A stretch of 64,000 nucleotides of DNA from Corynebacterium sp. (GTDB lineage: Bacteria; Actinomycetota; Actinomycetes; Mycobacteriales; Mycobacteriaceae), in contig NZ_JAPJNQ010000001.1 in NCBI RefSeq assembly GCF_030826625.1, positions 36,187 through 100,186 of the forward strand. Reading direction: 5' to 3'. Positions 19,682 to 30,178 of the stretch are shown one piece after another. Both the position numbers and the translations under genes were made by a program. The first letter of the stretch is position 1, and every line of letters starts with the position of its first letter. The notes under the pieces were generated by a model. That model ran no database searches, was not told the DNA's origin, and worked only from the letters and a program-made list of their open reading frames with translations.

Positions 19682-21070
19682 TCAAGCCAAATAGAGTGCG
19701 AGGCTGGCGCGCCAATTGCTGGGGCTAAACCCGGTGGCTTTGATCTTGGCCAAGTCCAGAGTGGACTCCGCCGGACGCGCAGCCTGATCCTGGCCGTATT
19801 CCTCGCTGGTCACCGGGGTGACATCTGCGGGATCGCCACCGCAGCCGATGAACACAGCCATCGCAATCTCATCGCGCGAGGCCGTATCGCCATCGGAGCT
19901 CAAATTGTAGACCCCAAAAGGTGCCTGGCTGTCTAACAAATGCACGATTCCGCGCGCCAAATCTTGGGCATAGGTTGGCCGCCCGCGCTGATCACACACG
20001 ACTTTGGGCTGGACTCCGTCGTTGGCAAGCTTGGCCATCGTGGAGATGAAATTGGCACCATCGCCGAACACCCAGGAGGTGCGCACCACGTAATGCCGTG
20101 GGGTGCTCTGGGCTGCGGTATCCCCAGCGGCCTTGCTGGCGCCATAAGCCGACAGCGGCGAAGGGATTTCGTCTTCGGTGTGCACCTCGTGTTGGCCGTC
20201 GAAAATATAATCCGAGGAGACATGCGCCAACGTGAGGTTGTGTTCGCTGGCGATCGTAGCGAGTCTTGCCGGGGCGGTGGCGTTAACTGCCCAGGCGCCA
20301 GCTCGGTCGGATTCCGCGCCGTTGACGTCGTTATACGCAGCCGCATTGATGATTGCCTGATACTGGCGCCAGTCGCGCACCGGGGGATTGGTGATGTCGA
20401 ATTCTTCTCGCGAGCAAAATTCCACGTGCTCTTGGCCACGGTAAGCAGCGCGCAGTGCGGTGCCAAGCTGGCCGTTGGCGCCGGTGACCAGGATTTTCCG
20501 CGGCGGCATCGGGGTGGCTTGTGCGAGCGGGGGATGGTTTTTGTCTTTGACGGAGATTTCGGTAGGCGTGAGTGGCCACTCGATCATATCGAGGTTGACA
20601 TTGGTGTATTCCGCATCCGGCGAATAATGATCGTTGACCAGGTAGGTATAAGCGGTGGAGTCTGTCAGTGCTTGGAATCCATTAGCGACGCCACGCGGAA
20701 CAAATACCGCGGTATCCGGCTCGATGCGCTGGGTGACCGTCACACCAAAGGTTGGCGAACCTGCACGCAAATCGCACCACGCACCGAAGACGGCGCCTGT
20801 CGCGACCGAAATGAATTTATCCCAGGGCTCTGCGTGTAGCCCGCGGGTTACCCCGGACTTTTCGTTAAAAGAAATATTGTTTTGCACCGGCTTGAAATCG
20901 GGCACACCGGCGGCGACAAACATCTCACGCTGCCAGTTTTCTTTAAACCAACCGCGCGAATCCTGGTGCAGCTGCAGGTCGATCACCAGCAGGCCGTCGA
21001 TACCTGTGGTGTGCACGTGCGGGCAAGCTTGGTCCGTTGTTGGCTGCTTTCCTGTCTCGTCACTGGTCAC
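19682..21070 (-). CDS. rmlCD: Bifunctional dTDP-4-dehydrorhamnose 3,5-epimerase / dTDP-4-dehydrorhamnose reductase (RmlC-RmlD fusion)
   Basis: An N-terminal cupin (RGWFKENWQ...RGVANGFQALTD) and a C-terminal NAD(P)-binding domain (ILVTGANGQLG...YGASKAAGD). GTG start 3 nt after the rmlB stop. The same fusion exists in C. glutamicum. Confidence 0.85.
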   Translation of the reverse strand: MTSDETGKQPTTDQACPHVHTTGIDGLLVIDLQLHQDSRGWFKENWQREMFVAAGVPDFKPVQNNISFNEKSGVTRGLHAEPWDKFISVATGAVFGAWCDLRAGSPTFGVTVTQRIEPDTAVFVPRGVANGFQALTDSTAYTYLVNDHYSPDAEYTNVNLDMIEWPLTPTEISVKDKNHPPLAQATPMPPRKILVTGANGQLGTALRAAYRGQEHVEFCSREEFDITNPPVRDWRQYQAIINAAAYNDVNGAESDRAGAWAVNATAPARLATIASEHNLTLAHVSSDYIFDGQHEVHTEDEIPSPLSAYGASKAAGDTAAQSTPRHYVVRTSWVFGDGANFISTMAKLANDGVQPKVVCDQRGRPTYAQDLARGIVHLLDSQAPFGVYNLSSDGDTASRDEIAMAVFIGCGGDPADVTPVTSEEYGQDQAARPAESTLDLAKIKATGFSPSNWRASLALYLA

Positions 21071-21073
21071 TGT

Positions 21074-22069
<996 letters not shown>

Positions 22070-22108
22070 TTAGGCGACTAATAACGGAGCAGATCGTGCT
22101 GGTAGAAA

Positions 22109-22164
22109 CTGCCCGGTGGAAGCTGCCGGGTGGAAGCAGCCTGGCGGAAGCTGCCGGGTGGAAG
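22109..22164. repeat. 14-bp tandem repeat x4 (ctgcccggtggaag / ctgccgggtggaag / cagcctggcggaag / ctgccgggtggaag)
   Basis: Read directly in the intergenic region upstream of rmlB and downstream of the mycolyltransferase gene. Confidence 0.7.
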
Positions 22165-22260
22165 CTAATAGGGCAAAGTTAAAGCCCAGCGAGAAGATTT
22201 CCCACCGGGCCCTATTATTCGGTTTTATTCTGGTCTCGAATTAGTCCGAATGATGAAGAT

Positions 22261-23385
22261 TTACTCGGCAATCCCGAAGGCACGTGCAAAAGTCGGCCAC
22301 GAGGTGCGCAGGTCATCCTGCCAGTAGGACCAGGTGTGGGTACCGGTCGCTGGACGGTGGTGATCAACTGGGATGCCCAGGTGGTTCAGCTTGGCGACGA
22401 AACGGTGCGTGCAAGCATTGGTGACTGCCTCGATGCCGCCGCCTGCGATAGCCAAGTTCGCCTGGTTAGCGGACAAAGCTTGTTCTGGGATGCCTTGTTC
22501 GCGCAAACCTTGCAGCGTTTCGCGCTGGCCAATCAAGCCGGTGGCATTAGAGACATAAATCTCAGTACCGCGCAGGAATTCAGCTTGCAGCAGTGCATCG
22601 TTTTCCAAAGAGCGCTTCGAGCCCGTTGGGCCCCAAATCTGATCCGGGTGAGCCCCAGCGCGGTTAACGGTCAGGCCTACTGCGGCGCGGCCCATTGGGG
22701 AATTGGTTTCTGCACAACCGGAGAACGAACCGGTGGCGTCATAGAATCCAGGGTTGTGGGCAGCCAGCAAGAGCGAGCTGGTACCCGACATCGACATACC
22801 GGCGATTCCACGCTTGCCGTTAGCGCCCAGGTGCTTTTCGATTGGCCCTGGCAGCTCGTTGATCAAGAAAGTTTCCCACTTCTGTGGGCCTTTCAGGTAC
22901 TTGCTGTCAGCTGGCGTTTCGTTCCAGTCTGTGTAATAGGAAAACGCGCCACGCATTGGGATGACGACGTTAATGTTTTTTTCTAGGTAAAAATCAAGCG
23001 CATCAGTCTGCGCGATCCAGTTTGCGGATTGTTCACCGCCACCGGCACCATTAAGTAGGTATAAGGTCGGACGCGGGCCGGCAGACTGATCTGCCTTGAT
23101 GGTCACGACTGGGATCTTGCGGTCCATCGATGGCGAATACACGGTGACTTCCTGTACGCGATCGCCTTTTTCTTTCACAACGTTGCGCCAAGAATCATCT
23201 TCGAATTCCGAGGCCTGGATTTCTTCACTCACCGTGCCAACCGGGATGGTGTTTTCGGGTGCAGGTGGAGTGACGACGTCCTGGGCGATGCCGACTTGAG
23301 CGTTGACCTGGGCGATGCCGGATACAGGGGTGAGGGCCAGGGTGCTAACAGCAGCAGCGGCAACGAATACGTTGCGAAGTTTCAT
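22261..23385 (-). CDS. Secreted esterase of the Ag85/corynomycolyltransferase (Cmt) family
   Basis: Signal peptide MKLRNVFVAAAAVSTLALTPVSGIAQ and esterase-D-like nucleophile elbow GMSMSGTSS. It is a paralog of the 36780-38027 gene. AAGGA Shine-Dalgarno. Confidence 0.7.
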   Translation of the reverse strand: MKLRNVFVAAAAVSTLALTPVSGIAQVNAQVGIAQDVVTPPAPENTIPVGTVSEEIQASEFEDDSWRNVVKEKGDRVQEVTVYSPSMDRKIPVVTIKADQSAGPRPTLYLLNGAGGGEQSANWIAQTDALDFYLEKNINVVIPMRGAFSYYTDWNETPADSKYLKGPQKWETFLINELPGPIEKHLGANGKRGIAGMSMSGTSSLLLAAHNPGFYDATGSFSGCAETNSPMGRAAVGLTVNRAGAHPDQIWGPTGSKRSLENDALLQAEFLRGTEIYVSNATGLIGQRETLQGLREQGIPEQALSANQANLAIAGGGIEAVTNACTHRFVAKLNHLGIPVDHHRPATGTHTWSYWQDDLRTSWPTFARAFGIAE

Positions 23386-24110
23386 GCGTGATCCTTAGAC
23401 AGTCGGGAAACTTAAACGTGAAAACGTAAAAATAAATAATAGTTGGTTAGTAGCTTAGCGTATGCACCGCCGATAGTCTCAGTATTTCAGTCTCTGTATT
23501 TCGATGCTCGCGTCTGCCACTGTTGTAGTTACTCTTGTAGTCGCGAAATCGTGATGTGGTGTTACAAGAAGAAGTTTTTTTGGCGGGGGCTGGTGAGGTC
23601 AGTGCGGCTGTCCGGCGGTGGGGCTGTCGGGCGGTTTTGGGCCCTGGTAGCAACTGAGGTTATTGGTGTATTTGTTGTAGATGTTGAAGTTGTCAAGCAA
23701 TGTTGCAGTTGTGAAACCCTTGTGTTTGTGTTGCCCTTGGCCTAGGCTCAATTTTGCTTAAGCGCGAGGATTTCGGCAGCTAGATTTTCCGATATCCGCG
23801 ATGAAAACTGGGAAACTGCTGTTTCCTAGTCGTGATTCCCAGAGATGAAAGAGTTTTTACCATGCAGTTCGATAACTTGATCGCTACCTCCAATAACTTC
23901 TTCGGCCCAGGCATCCACGAGCTTTTCGCTAGCTTTTCCAAACTGAGTGCAATCCTTAACCTGCTGTAATCTGCGGTTTTGTTTGCTAGCAGGCACTGAG
24001 TTGGAGGTACCTGCGAGTCTGAAAGCACCTGCGAGTTTTGGGTTTATTCCAGATAAATTCTTCTCGCGGGTGCTTTCACATGTCTATGGCGATTACGTAT
24101 GCTGGATGGC

Positions 24111-25526
24111 GTGACTAAAGAACATTATGATCTCGTTGTACTTGGCGCTGGACCAGGCGGGTACGTTGCCGCCATCCGCGCTGCCCAGCTAGGCAAAAAA
24201 GTTGCCGTCGTCGAAAAGCAGTATTGGGGCGGAGTCTGCCTCAACGTCGGCTGCATTCCTTCGAAGGCTTTGCTGAAAAATGCTGAGGTTGCCCACACCT
24301 TCAACCACGAGGCCAAGGACTTTGGCATCTCTGGTGATGTCTCCTTTGATTACCCGACCGCACACAAGCGTTCGCGTAAGGTCTCGAAGAAGATTGTTGG
24401 TGGCATCCACTACTTGATGAAGAAGAACAAGATCCAGGAAATTAACGGCCTGGGACACTTCAAGGATGCCAAGACCATCGAGGTTAAAGAGGGCGACGAC
24501 GCAGGCAAGACCCTGACTTTCGACGACTGCATTATTGCTACCGGCTCCGTCGTCAAGACTCTTCCTGGCATCGAGCTTGGCGGCAACATCGTCTCCTACG
24601 AAGAGCAGATTCTCGACGAAAACGCACCAGAATCCATGGTGATTGTCGGCGCTGGCGCAATCGGTATGGAATTCGCATACGTGTTGGCGAATTACGGCGT
24701 GGACGTCACCGTCGTCGAGTTTATGGACCGTGTGTTGCCAAATGAGGACGCTGATGTGTCCAAGGAGATCGCCAAGCAGTACAAGAAACTGGGCGTGAAC
24801 CTGCTGACTAGCTACAAAACCACTTCTGTGAAGGACAACGGCGACAACGTCACCGTCGAGGTCGAGTCTAAGGATGGCAAGAAGCAAGACACTCTGACCG
24901 TCGACCGCTGCTTGGTTGCAGTCGGATTCGCTCCACGCGTGGAAGGCTTCGGCCTGGAAAACACCGGCGTTGAGCTGACCGAACGCGGCGCTATCGCCAT
25001 CGATGAGCGCATGCGCACCAATGTTGATGGTATCTACGCCATCGGCGATGTCACCGCTAAACTGCAGCTGGCTCACGTCGCTGAAGCGCAAGGCGTAGTC
25101 GCCGCAGAGACCATTGGTGGCGTAGAAACCCAGGAGCTGGGTGACTACCAGATGATGCCACGCGCTACCTTCTGTAACCCACAGGTGGCGTCCTTCGGGT
25201 ACACCGAAGAAGCCGCTAAAGAGAAATGGCCAGATCGCGATATCAAGGTAGCTACGTTCCCATTCTCCGCGAACGGTAAGGCGTTGGGTCTGAACGAATC
25301 GGCTGGCTTTACCAAGCTGATTGCCGATGGCGAATTCGGTGAGCTCTTGGGCGCACACTTGGTTGGCTCCAACGTTTCCGAGCTGCTGCCACAGCTGACT
25401 TTGGCACAGCGCTTCGATCTGACCGCGGGCGAAATCGCGCGTAACATCCACACCCACCCAACGCTGTCTGAGGGCATGAAAGAAGTTGCTCACGGCGTTG
25501 CTGATGGACACATGATCAACCTCTAA
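24111..25526 (+). CDS. lpd: Dihydrolipoyl dehydrogenase (E3)
   Basis: The N-terminus [48 protein letters not shown] contains the FAD-binding fold and the redox-active disulfide. The GTG at 24111 is preferred by homology to MTEHYD...; the ATG at 24099 is the alternative. Confidence 0.85.
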   Translation: MTKEHYDLVVLGAGPGGYVAAIRAAQLGKKVAVVEKQYWGGVCLNVGCIPSKALLKNAEVAHTFNHEAKDFGISGDVSFDYPTAHKRSRKVSKKIVGGIHYLMKKNKIQEINGLGHFKDAKTIEVKEGDDAGKTLTFDDCIIATGSVVKTLPGIELGGNIVSYEEQILDENAPESMVIVGAGAIGMEFAYVLANYGVDVTVVEFMDRVLPNEDADVSKEIAKQYKKLGVNLLTSYKTTSVKDNGDNVTVEVESKDGKKQDTLTVDRCLVAVGFAPRVEGFGLENTGVELTERGAIAIDERMRTNVDGIYAIGDVTAKLQLAHVAEAQGVVAAETIGGVETQELGDYQMMPRATFCNPQVASFGYTEEAAKEKWPDRDIKVATFPFSANGKALGLNESAGFTKLIADGEFGELLGAHLVGSNVSELLPQLTLAQRFDLTAGEIARNIHTHPTLSEGMKEVAHGVADGHMINL

Positions 25527-25611
25527 TTAGAGACCCGATCACCCCCTCTCACAAATGGGCCTGGCGGCTTAGGATTCCGCAGACATTTTTCGAGGAGTTT
25601 TCAGACACGGT

Positions 25612-25654
25612 CGCTCTACCGCTTGCCGACGGTAGGGCGGCCTTTTTCTTTTGG
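25612..25654 (+). terminator. Intrinsic terminator after lpd
   Basis: Stem cgctctaccg / cggtagggcg (10 bp, one G.U pair), then gcc and a tttttctttt run. Confidence 0.45.
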
Positions 25655-25752
25655 CAGCCCGAAAAAATACACCGCCTGTGACGCACGGGAATACTGATAC
25701 TGATCGAAAGTTTGACGCAGTATGGGTGAACGTTGACTAGCTGAAATTTGCC

Positions 25753-25768
25753 TGTGCCTAAATTCACA
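25753..25768. promoter_or_regulatory. GlxR/CRP-type site TGTGC-N6-TCACA about 205 bp upstream of sdhC
   Basis: tgtgcctaaattcaca matches the TGTGA-N6-TCACA consensus at 9 of 10 positions. sdhCAB is a known GlxR target in C. glutamicum. Confidence 0.4.
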
Positions 25769-25974
25769 ACAATCGGAAAATAGTGATGAATCGCGAATTA
25801 AGGTGCCCTAAGGCACGTGGCAGTAGCGATATTGGCAGTTTTCTTTAAGCCAAGCCTCACATAAAGCGCCCCCGGCAAAACTTAATAGCAACGCTAAAAA
25901 TGCACTCAGTGCACTGTTTTAGTTCGCATCAACACCCCCGATCGCCGTATGGTTATAGCGACAATGGAGGTGCC

Positions 25975-26730
25975 ATGACAATAAAGAATCCTGATCGTGA
26001 GGCAATCGCCCACGGAAAAATTTCCAACGAGAAAATTCGCGAATCGCCATCAGTCCCAACTTGGGCAATCAAGCTGATTATGGCGGTTACTGGTCTGCTG
26101 TTCGTGCTGTTCACGCTCGGACACATGGCCGGAAACCTGAAGCTGTATGCTCTAGCTCACGACGGCGTACCTGCCCTGGATGAATACGGTGAATTCCTCC
26201 GTAGCCTTGGTTCGCCACTGCTGCCGGAAGAAGCATTCCTGTGGGGCTTCCGCATCGTCCTGCTTGCTGCGCTGATTCTGCACGTGTGGGGCGCATTCGT
26301 ATTGATCAGTCGTGCGAAGCAGTCTCGCGGCAAGTTCAACCGCACCAACCTGATGGGTGGGGTGGACTCATTCGCTACCCGCACCATGTTGGTTACCGGT
26401 CTGTTCATTTTGCTGTTCATCTGCTTCCACTTGCTGGACCTGACCTTGGGCGTCGCTCCTGCGGCCACCGATCAGTTCGTCCATGGTGAGGTGCACGCCA
26501 ACATGTTGGCTACCTTCAGCCGTTGGCCAGTCACCCTCTTCTATGTAGTGGCAATGCTTTTGCTGTTCCTGCACATGTCTCACGGCATCCGTTTGGCTGT
26601 CTCGGATCTGGGCATTACCGGCCGCAAATGGCGTCAAACCCTCGTCGTGATTGCTTATGTCATCCCAGCTGTGGTTGTCATCGGCAACATCGTTATGCCC
26701 GTGTCCGTCCTGTTTGGTTGGGTGAGCTAG
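25975..26730 (+). CDS. sdhC: Succinate dehydrogenase cytochrome b subunit
   Basis: MTIKNPDREAIAHGKI... with 5 TM helices. The ATG at 25975 has a GGAGG Shine-Dalgarno, so the ORF-track start at 25900 is rejected. Confidence 0.8.
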   Translation: MTIKNPDREAIAHGKISNEKIRESPSVPTWAIKLIMAVTGLLFVLFTLGHMAGNLKLYALAHDGVPALDEYGEFLRSLGSPLLPEEAFLWGFRIVLLAALILHVWGAFVLISRAKQSRGKFNRTNLMGGVDSFATRTMLVTGLFILLFICFHLLDLTLGVAPAATDQFVHGEVHANMLATFSRWPVTLFYVVAMLLLFLHMSHGIRLAVSDLGITGRKWRQTLVVIAYVIPAVVVIGNIVMPVSVLFGWVS

Positions 26731-26792
26731 ATCGTCGCCCAGTGACGTCACAGTTCGCTGACAACGTTCTAGCCTGATCGGAAAGTAAGATT

Positions 26793-28802
26793 ATGAGCAA
26801 CACAGATACTTCGACTCGTAAAGAGTTCCGCCAGCCAGACTCTATCGTCGATGGAGTCACCCCAGGCGACATTCTGGAAAACGCGGAACCAAAAGGCGTT
26901 CCCATGCGCGACATGTGGAACTACCACAAAGACCACATGAACTTGGTCTCGCCGCTGAACCGCCGTAAATTCACCGTCCTTATCGTCGGCACTGGCCTGT
27001 CCGGTGGTGCTGCAGCAGCAGCCCTCGGTGAATTGGGCTACGACGTAAAGGTCTTCTCGTACCACGATTCACCACGTCGTGCGCACTCCATTGCTGCACA
27101 GGGTGGTGTGAACTCTGCCCGCGGTAAGAAGGTCGACAACGACTCGGCTTACCGTCACGTCAAAGACACTGTTAAGGGCGGCGACTACCGCTGTCGCGAG
27201 TCTGACTGCTGGCGCCTGGCTCTGGAGTCTGGCCGCGTTATCGATCACATGAATGCCATCGGTGCACCATTCGCTCGTGAATACGGCGGTACCTTGGCTA
27301 CCCGTTCCTTCGGTGGTGTGCAGGTCTCCCGTACCTACTACACCCGTGGACAAACCGGCCAGCAGCTGCAGCTGTCGACCACCTCGGCACTGTACCGCCA
27401 GATTGGCCTGGGCAACGTCGAAATGTTCGCCCACCATGACATGCAGGACATCATCGTTCGTGAGATCGATGGCGTCAAGCACTGCGACGGTATCGTGACC
27501 CGCAACCTCATCGACGGTGAGATCAAGGCCTTCACTGGTCACGCGACCGTCATCGCTACCGGTGGTTACGGCAACGTCTACCACATGTCGACCTTGGCGA
27601 AGAACTCGAACGCTGGCGCCATGATGCGTGCTTACGAGCGCGGCGCATACCTGGCATCCCCGGCGTACATTCAGTTCCACCCGACCGGTCTGCCGGTGAA
27701 CTCCACCTGGCAGTCGAAGACCACGCTGATGTCGGAGTCGCTGCGTAACGACGGCCGTATTTGGTCGCCAAAGAAGGAAGGCGACGATCGCGACCCGAAC
27801 TCCATCCCGGAGGACGAGCGCGACTACTTCCTGGAGCGTCGCTACCCAGCGTTCGGTAACTTGGTTCCGCGTGACGTTGCTTCCCGTGCACTGTCGCAGC
27901 AGATCAACGCTGGTCTAGGCGTCGGTCCGATGCACAACTCCTGCTATCTGGATTTCCGCGATGCGATCGAGCGCCTCGGTAAAGATACCGTGCGTGCGCG
28001 TTACTCCAACTTGTTCCAGATGTATGAAGAGTCCATTGGTGAAGATCCATACGAGACTCCGATGCGTATTGCACCGACCTGTCACTTCACCATGGGTGGT
28101 CTGTGGACCGACTTCAACGAGATGACCTCCATCGACGGCTTGTTCGCTGCCGGTGAGGCTTCCTGGACCTACCACGGTGCTAACCGTCTGGGCGCGAACT
28201 CGCTGCTTTCGGCATCGGTCGACGGCTGGTTCACTCTGCCGTTCACTATTCCTAACTACCTGGCAAACCACCTTGGTGAAGAAAAGCTGTCCGCTGATTC
28301 TGCCGAGGCACAGGAAGTTGTCGAAGAGGTTAAAGACCGTTTGAACCGTCTGATGGGCATCGAGGGCGATGATCCACACGGTGCCGAGTACTACCACCGC
28401 CAGTTGGGCGAAATCCTGTATTGGGGCTGTGGTGTGTCTCGTAACGTCGAAGACCTGAAGACCTCCATTGAAAAGATCCGCGAAATTCGTCGTGACTTCT
28501 GGGCTAACGTCCGCGTGACCGGCCAACTGCACGACATGAACCAGGATCTGGAATACGCACAGCGCGTGGCCGATTACCTCGACCTCGGCGAGCTGATGTG
28601 TGTCGACGCACTGGACCGCGACGAATCGGCCGGTGCTCACTACCGCGACGATCACCTTTCCGAAGACGGCGAGGCTGAACGTGACGACGAAAACTGGTGC
28701 TTCGTTTCGGCTTGGCAGCCAAACGGCCCGGAGAAGTTCATCCGCCACGCCGACCCTCTGTACTTCGACTCGATCCCGCTGATGACAAGGAACTACAAGT
28801 AA
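26793..28802 (+). CDS. sdhA: Succinate dehydrogenase flavoprotein subunit
   Basis: FAD-binding motif VLIVGTGLSGGAAAAAL and the R-SH-AQGG covalent-FAD histidine region. 669 aa. Confidence 0.9.
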   Translation: MSNTDTSTRKEFRQPDSIVDGVTPGDILENAEPKGVPMRDMWNYHKDHMNLVSPLNRRKFTVLIVGTGLSGGAAAAALGELGYDVKVFSYHDSPRRAHSIAAQGGVNSARGKKVDNDSAYRHVKDTVKGGDYRCRESDCWRLALESGRVIDHMNAIGAPFAREYGGTLATRSFGGVQVSRTYYTRGQTGQQLQLSTTSALYRQIGLGNVEMFAHHDMQDIIVREIDGVKHCDGIVTRNLIDGEIKAFTGHATVIATGGYGNVYHMSTLAKNSNAGAMMRAYERGAYLASPAYIQFHPTGLPVNSTWQSKTTLMSESLRNDGRIWSPKKEGDDRDPNSIPEDERDYFLERRYPAFGNLVPRDVASRALSQQINAGLGVGPMHNSCYLDFRDAIERLGKDTVRARYSNLFQMYEESIGEDPYETPMRIAPTCHFTMGGLWTDFNEMTSIDGLFAAGEASWTYHGANRLGANSLLSASVDGWFTLPFTIPNYLANHLGEEKLSADSAEAQEVVEEVKDRLNRLMGIEGDDPHGAEYYHRQLGEILYWGCGVSRNVEDLKTSIEKIREIRRDFWANVRVTGQLHDMNQDLEYAQRVADYLDLGELMCVDALDRDESAGAHYRDDHLSEDGEAERDDENWCFVSAWQPNGPEKFIRHADPLYFDSIPLMTRNYK

Positions 28803-29551
28803 TGAAATTGACACTTGAAGTCTGGCGTCAGGCCGGACCTACGCAAGAAGGCAGCTTCGAGACCGTTCAGGTCGATGACGCCGTCGAGCAGATGTCCATC
28901 CTGGAACTGTTGGACCACGTCAACACCGGACGTATCGAAGACAACAAAGAACCATTCGCTTTTGCCTCTGACTGCCGCGAAGGCATCTGCGGTACCTGTG
29001 GTTTGCTGATCAACGGACGCCCACACGGCCCAGGCCAGAACACTCCTGCCTGCCAGCAGCGTCTGTTCCAGTTCAACGATGGCGACACCCTGCGTCTGGA
29101 GCCACTGCGCTCCGCCGCATTCCCCGTCATCAAGGACATGGTCGTTGACCGTTCCGCCCTGGATGACATCATGCACCAGGGAGGCTACGTCTCCATGGAC
29201 GCCGGTACCGCACCGGATGCTGACACTCTGCTGCAGAACTCGCAAGACAACGAATTCGCACTGGATCACGCTGCCTGCATCGGCTGTGGTGCGTGTGTCG
29301 CCGCTTGTCCTAACGGTGCCGCTCACCTGTTCACCGGTGCGAAGCTGGTGCACCTGTCCATGTCGCCACTCGGAGCAAAAGAACGCGGCAAGCGTGCCCG
29401 CAACATGGTTGACGAGCTCGAGCAAAACTTCGGTGGATGTTCGCTGTACGGTGAATGTGCAGATGTCTGCCCAGCTGGCATCCCACTGACTGCAGTTTCG
29501 GCTGTTACTCGTGAGCGTGCTCGCGCGGCATTCCGCTCGAAGGACGACTAA
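28802..29551 (+). CDS. sdhB: Succinate dehydrogenase iron-sulfur subunit
   Basis: Its ATG overlaps the sdhA stop (TAATG). It has a 2Fe-2S CxxxxCxxC cluster and the CIGCGACVAACP / CxxxGxC 4Fe-4S and 3Fe-4S motifs. Confidence 0.9.
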   Translation: MKLTLEVWRQAGPTQEGSFETVQVDDAVEQMSILELLDHVNTGRIEDNKEPFAFASDCREGICGTCGLLINGRPHGPGQNTPACQQRLFQFNDGDTLRLEPLRSAAFPVIKDMVVDRSALDDIMHQGGYVSMDAGTAPDADTLLQNSQDNEFALDHAACIGCGACVAACPNGAAHLFTGAKLVHLSMSPLGAKERGKRARNMVDELEQNFGGCSLYGECADVCPAGIPLTAVSAVTRERARAAFRSKDD

Positions 29552-29654
29552 TTGTTTCGGGGCGGTGAATCCGCTGCCCCGGCACCACTTTTGCTGGCAG
29601 TGAATCTAGACTAGAGTTGTCACTAGTGATACAGAAGAAAGGCTTTGGCACCTT

Positions 29655-30023
29655 ATGAGCACCAATGAACAGGTAGCGGACTTCGCTGCGGAGACCTACC
29701 CACGCTATTCCCAAGAGCTGCACGACAGCTACATTGCGGGTTACAACCCAGTTTCGCTGGCAGCCCCACACTCGTCGTTGCTTCGTAACTCTACTTGGGC
29801 TGGCATGGGCTTGTTGCTCAGCTTCTTCCCATTCGCTGGAACCCTGATTTGGGGAATTGGCACCGGAATGTGGGGGACTGGTACCGCAGCTAATTACTCC
29901 ACGATCTTGACGATTATTGGTGCTATCGGTGTCGTTGCCACCCTAGCTGGTGGTTTTGGCACCATCCATTATGGACGTCGCCATTACCGCCAATACGTGA
30001 AGGAAACGGGGCGCACCTCCTAA
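29655..30023 (+). CDS. Small membrane protein downstream of sdhB (hypothetical)
   Basis: 122 aa with 2 TM helices and Gly-rich loops. It follows a possible hairpin at 29566-29589. Confidence 0.55.
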   Translation: MSTNEQVADFAAETYPRYSQELHDSYIAGYNPVSLAAPHSSLLRNSTWAGMGLLLSFFPFAGTLIWGIGTGMWGTGTAANYSTILTIIGAIGVVATLAGGFGTIHYGRRHYRQYVKETGRTS

Positions 30024-30178
30024 CGCTGCCTTTCCTGCCAGCCTGGCCCCGCACCTGCTCAGATGCTCACCGCGTCGAGGCAGGGCGGGGCTTTTCGTAG
30101 CTTGACATGTCTACCCAACACTCTGTGTGTGACGTAAATTCGAGACGAAAACACTAGACAATTGATTCGAGACCTTTT

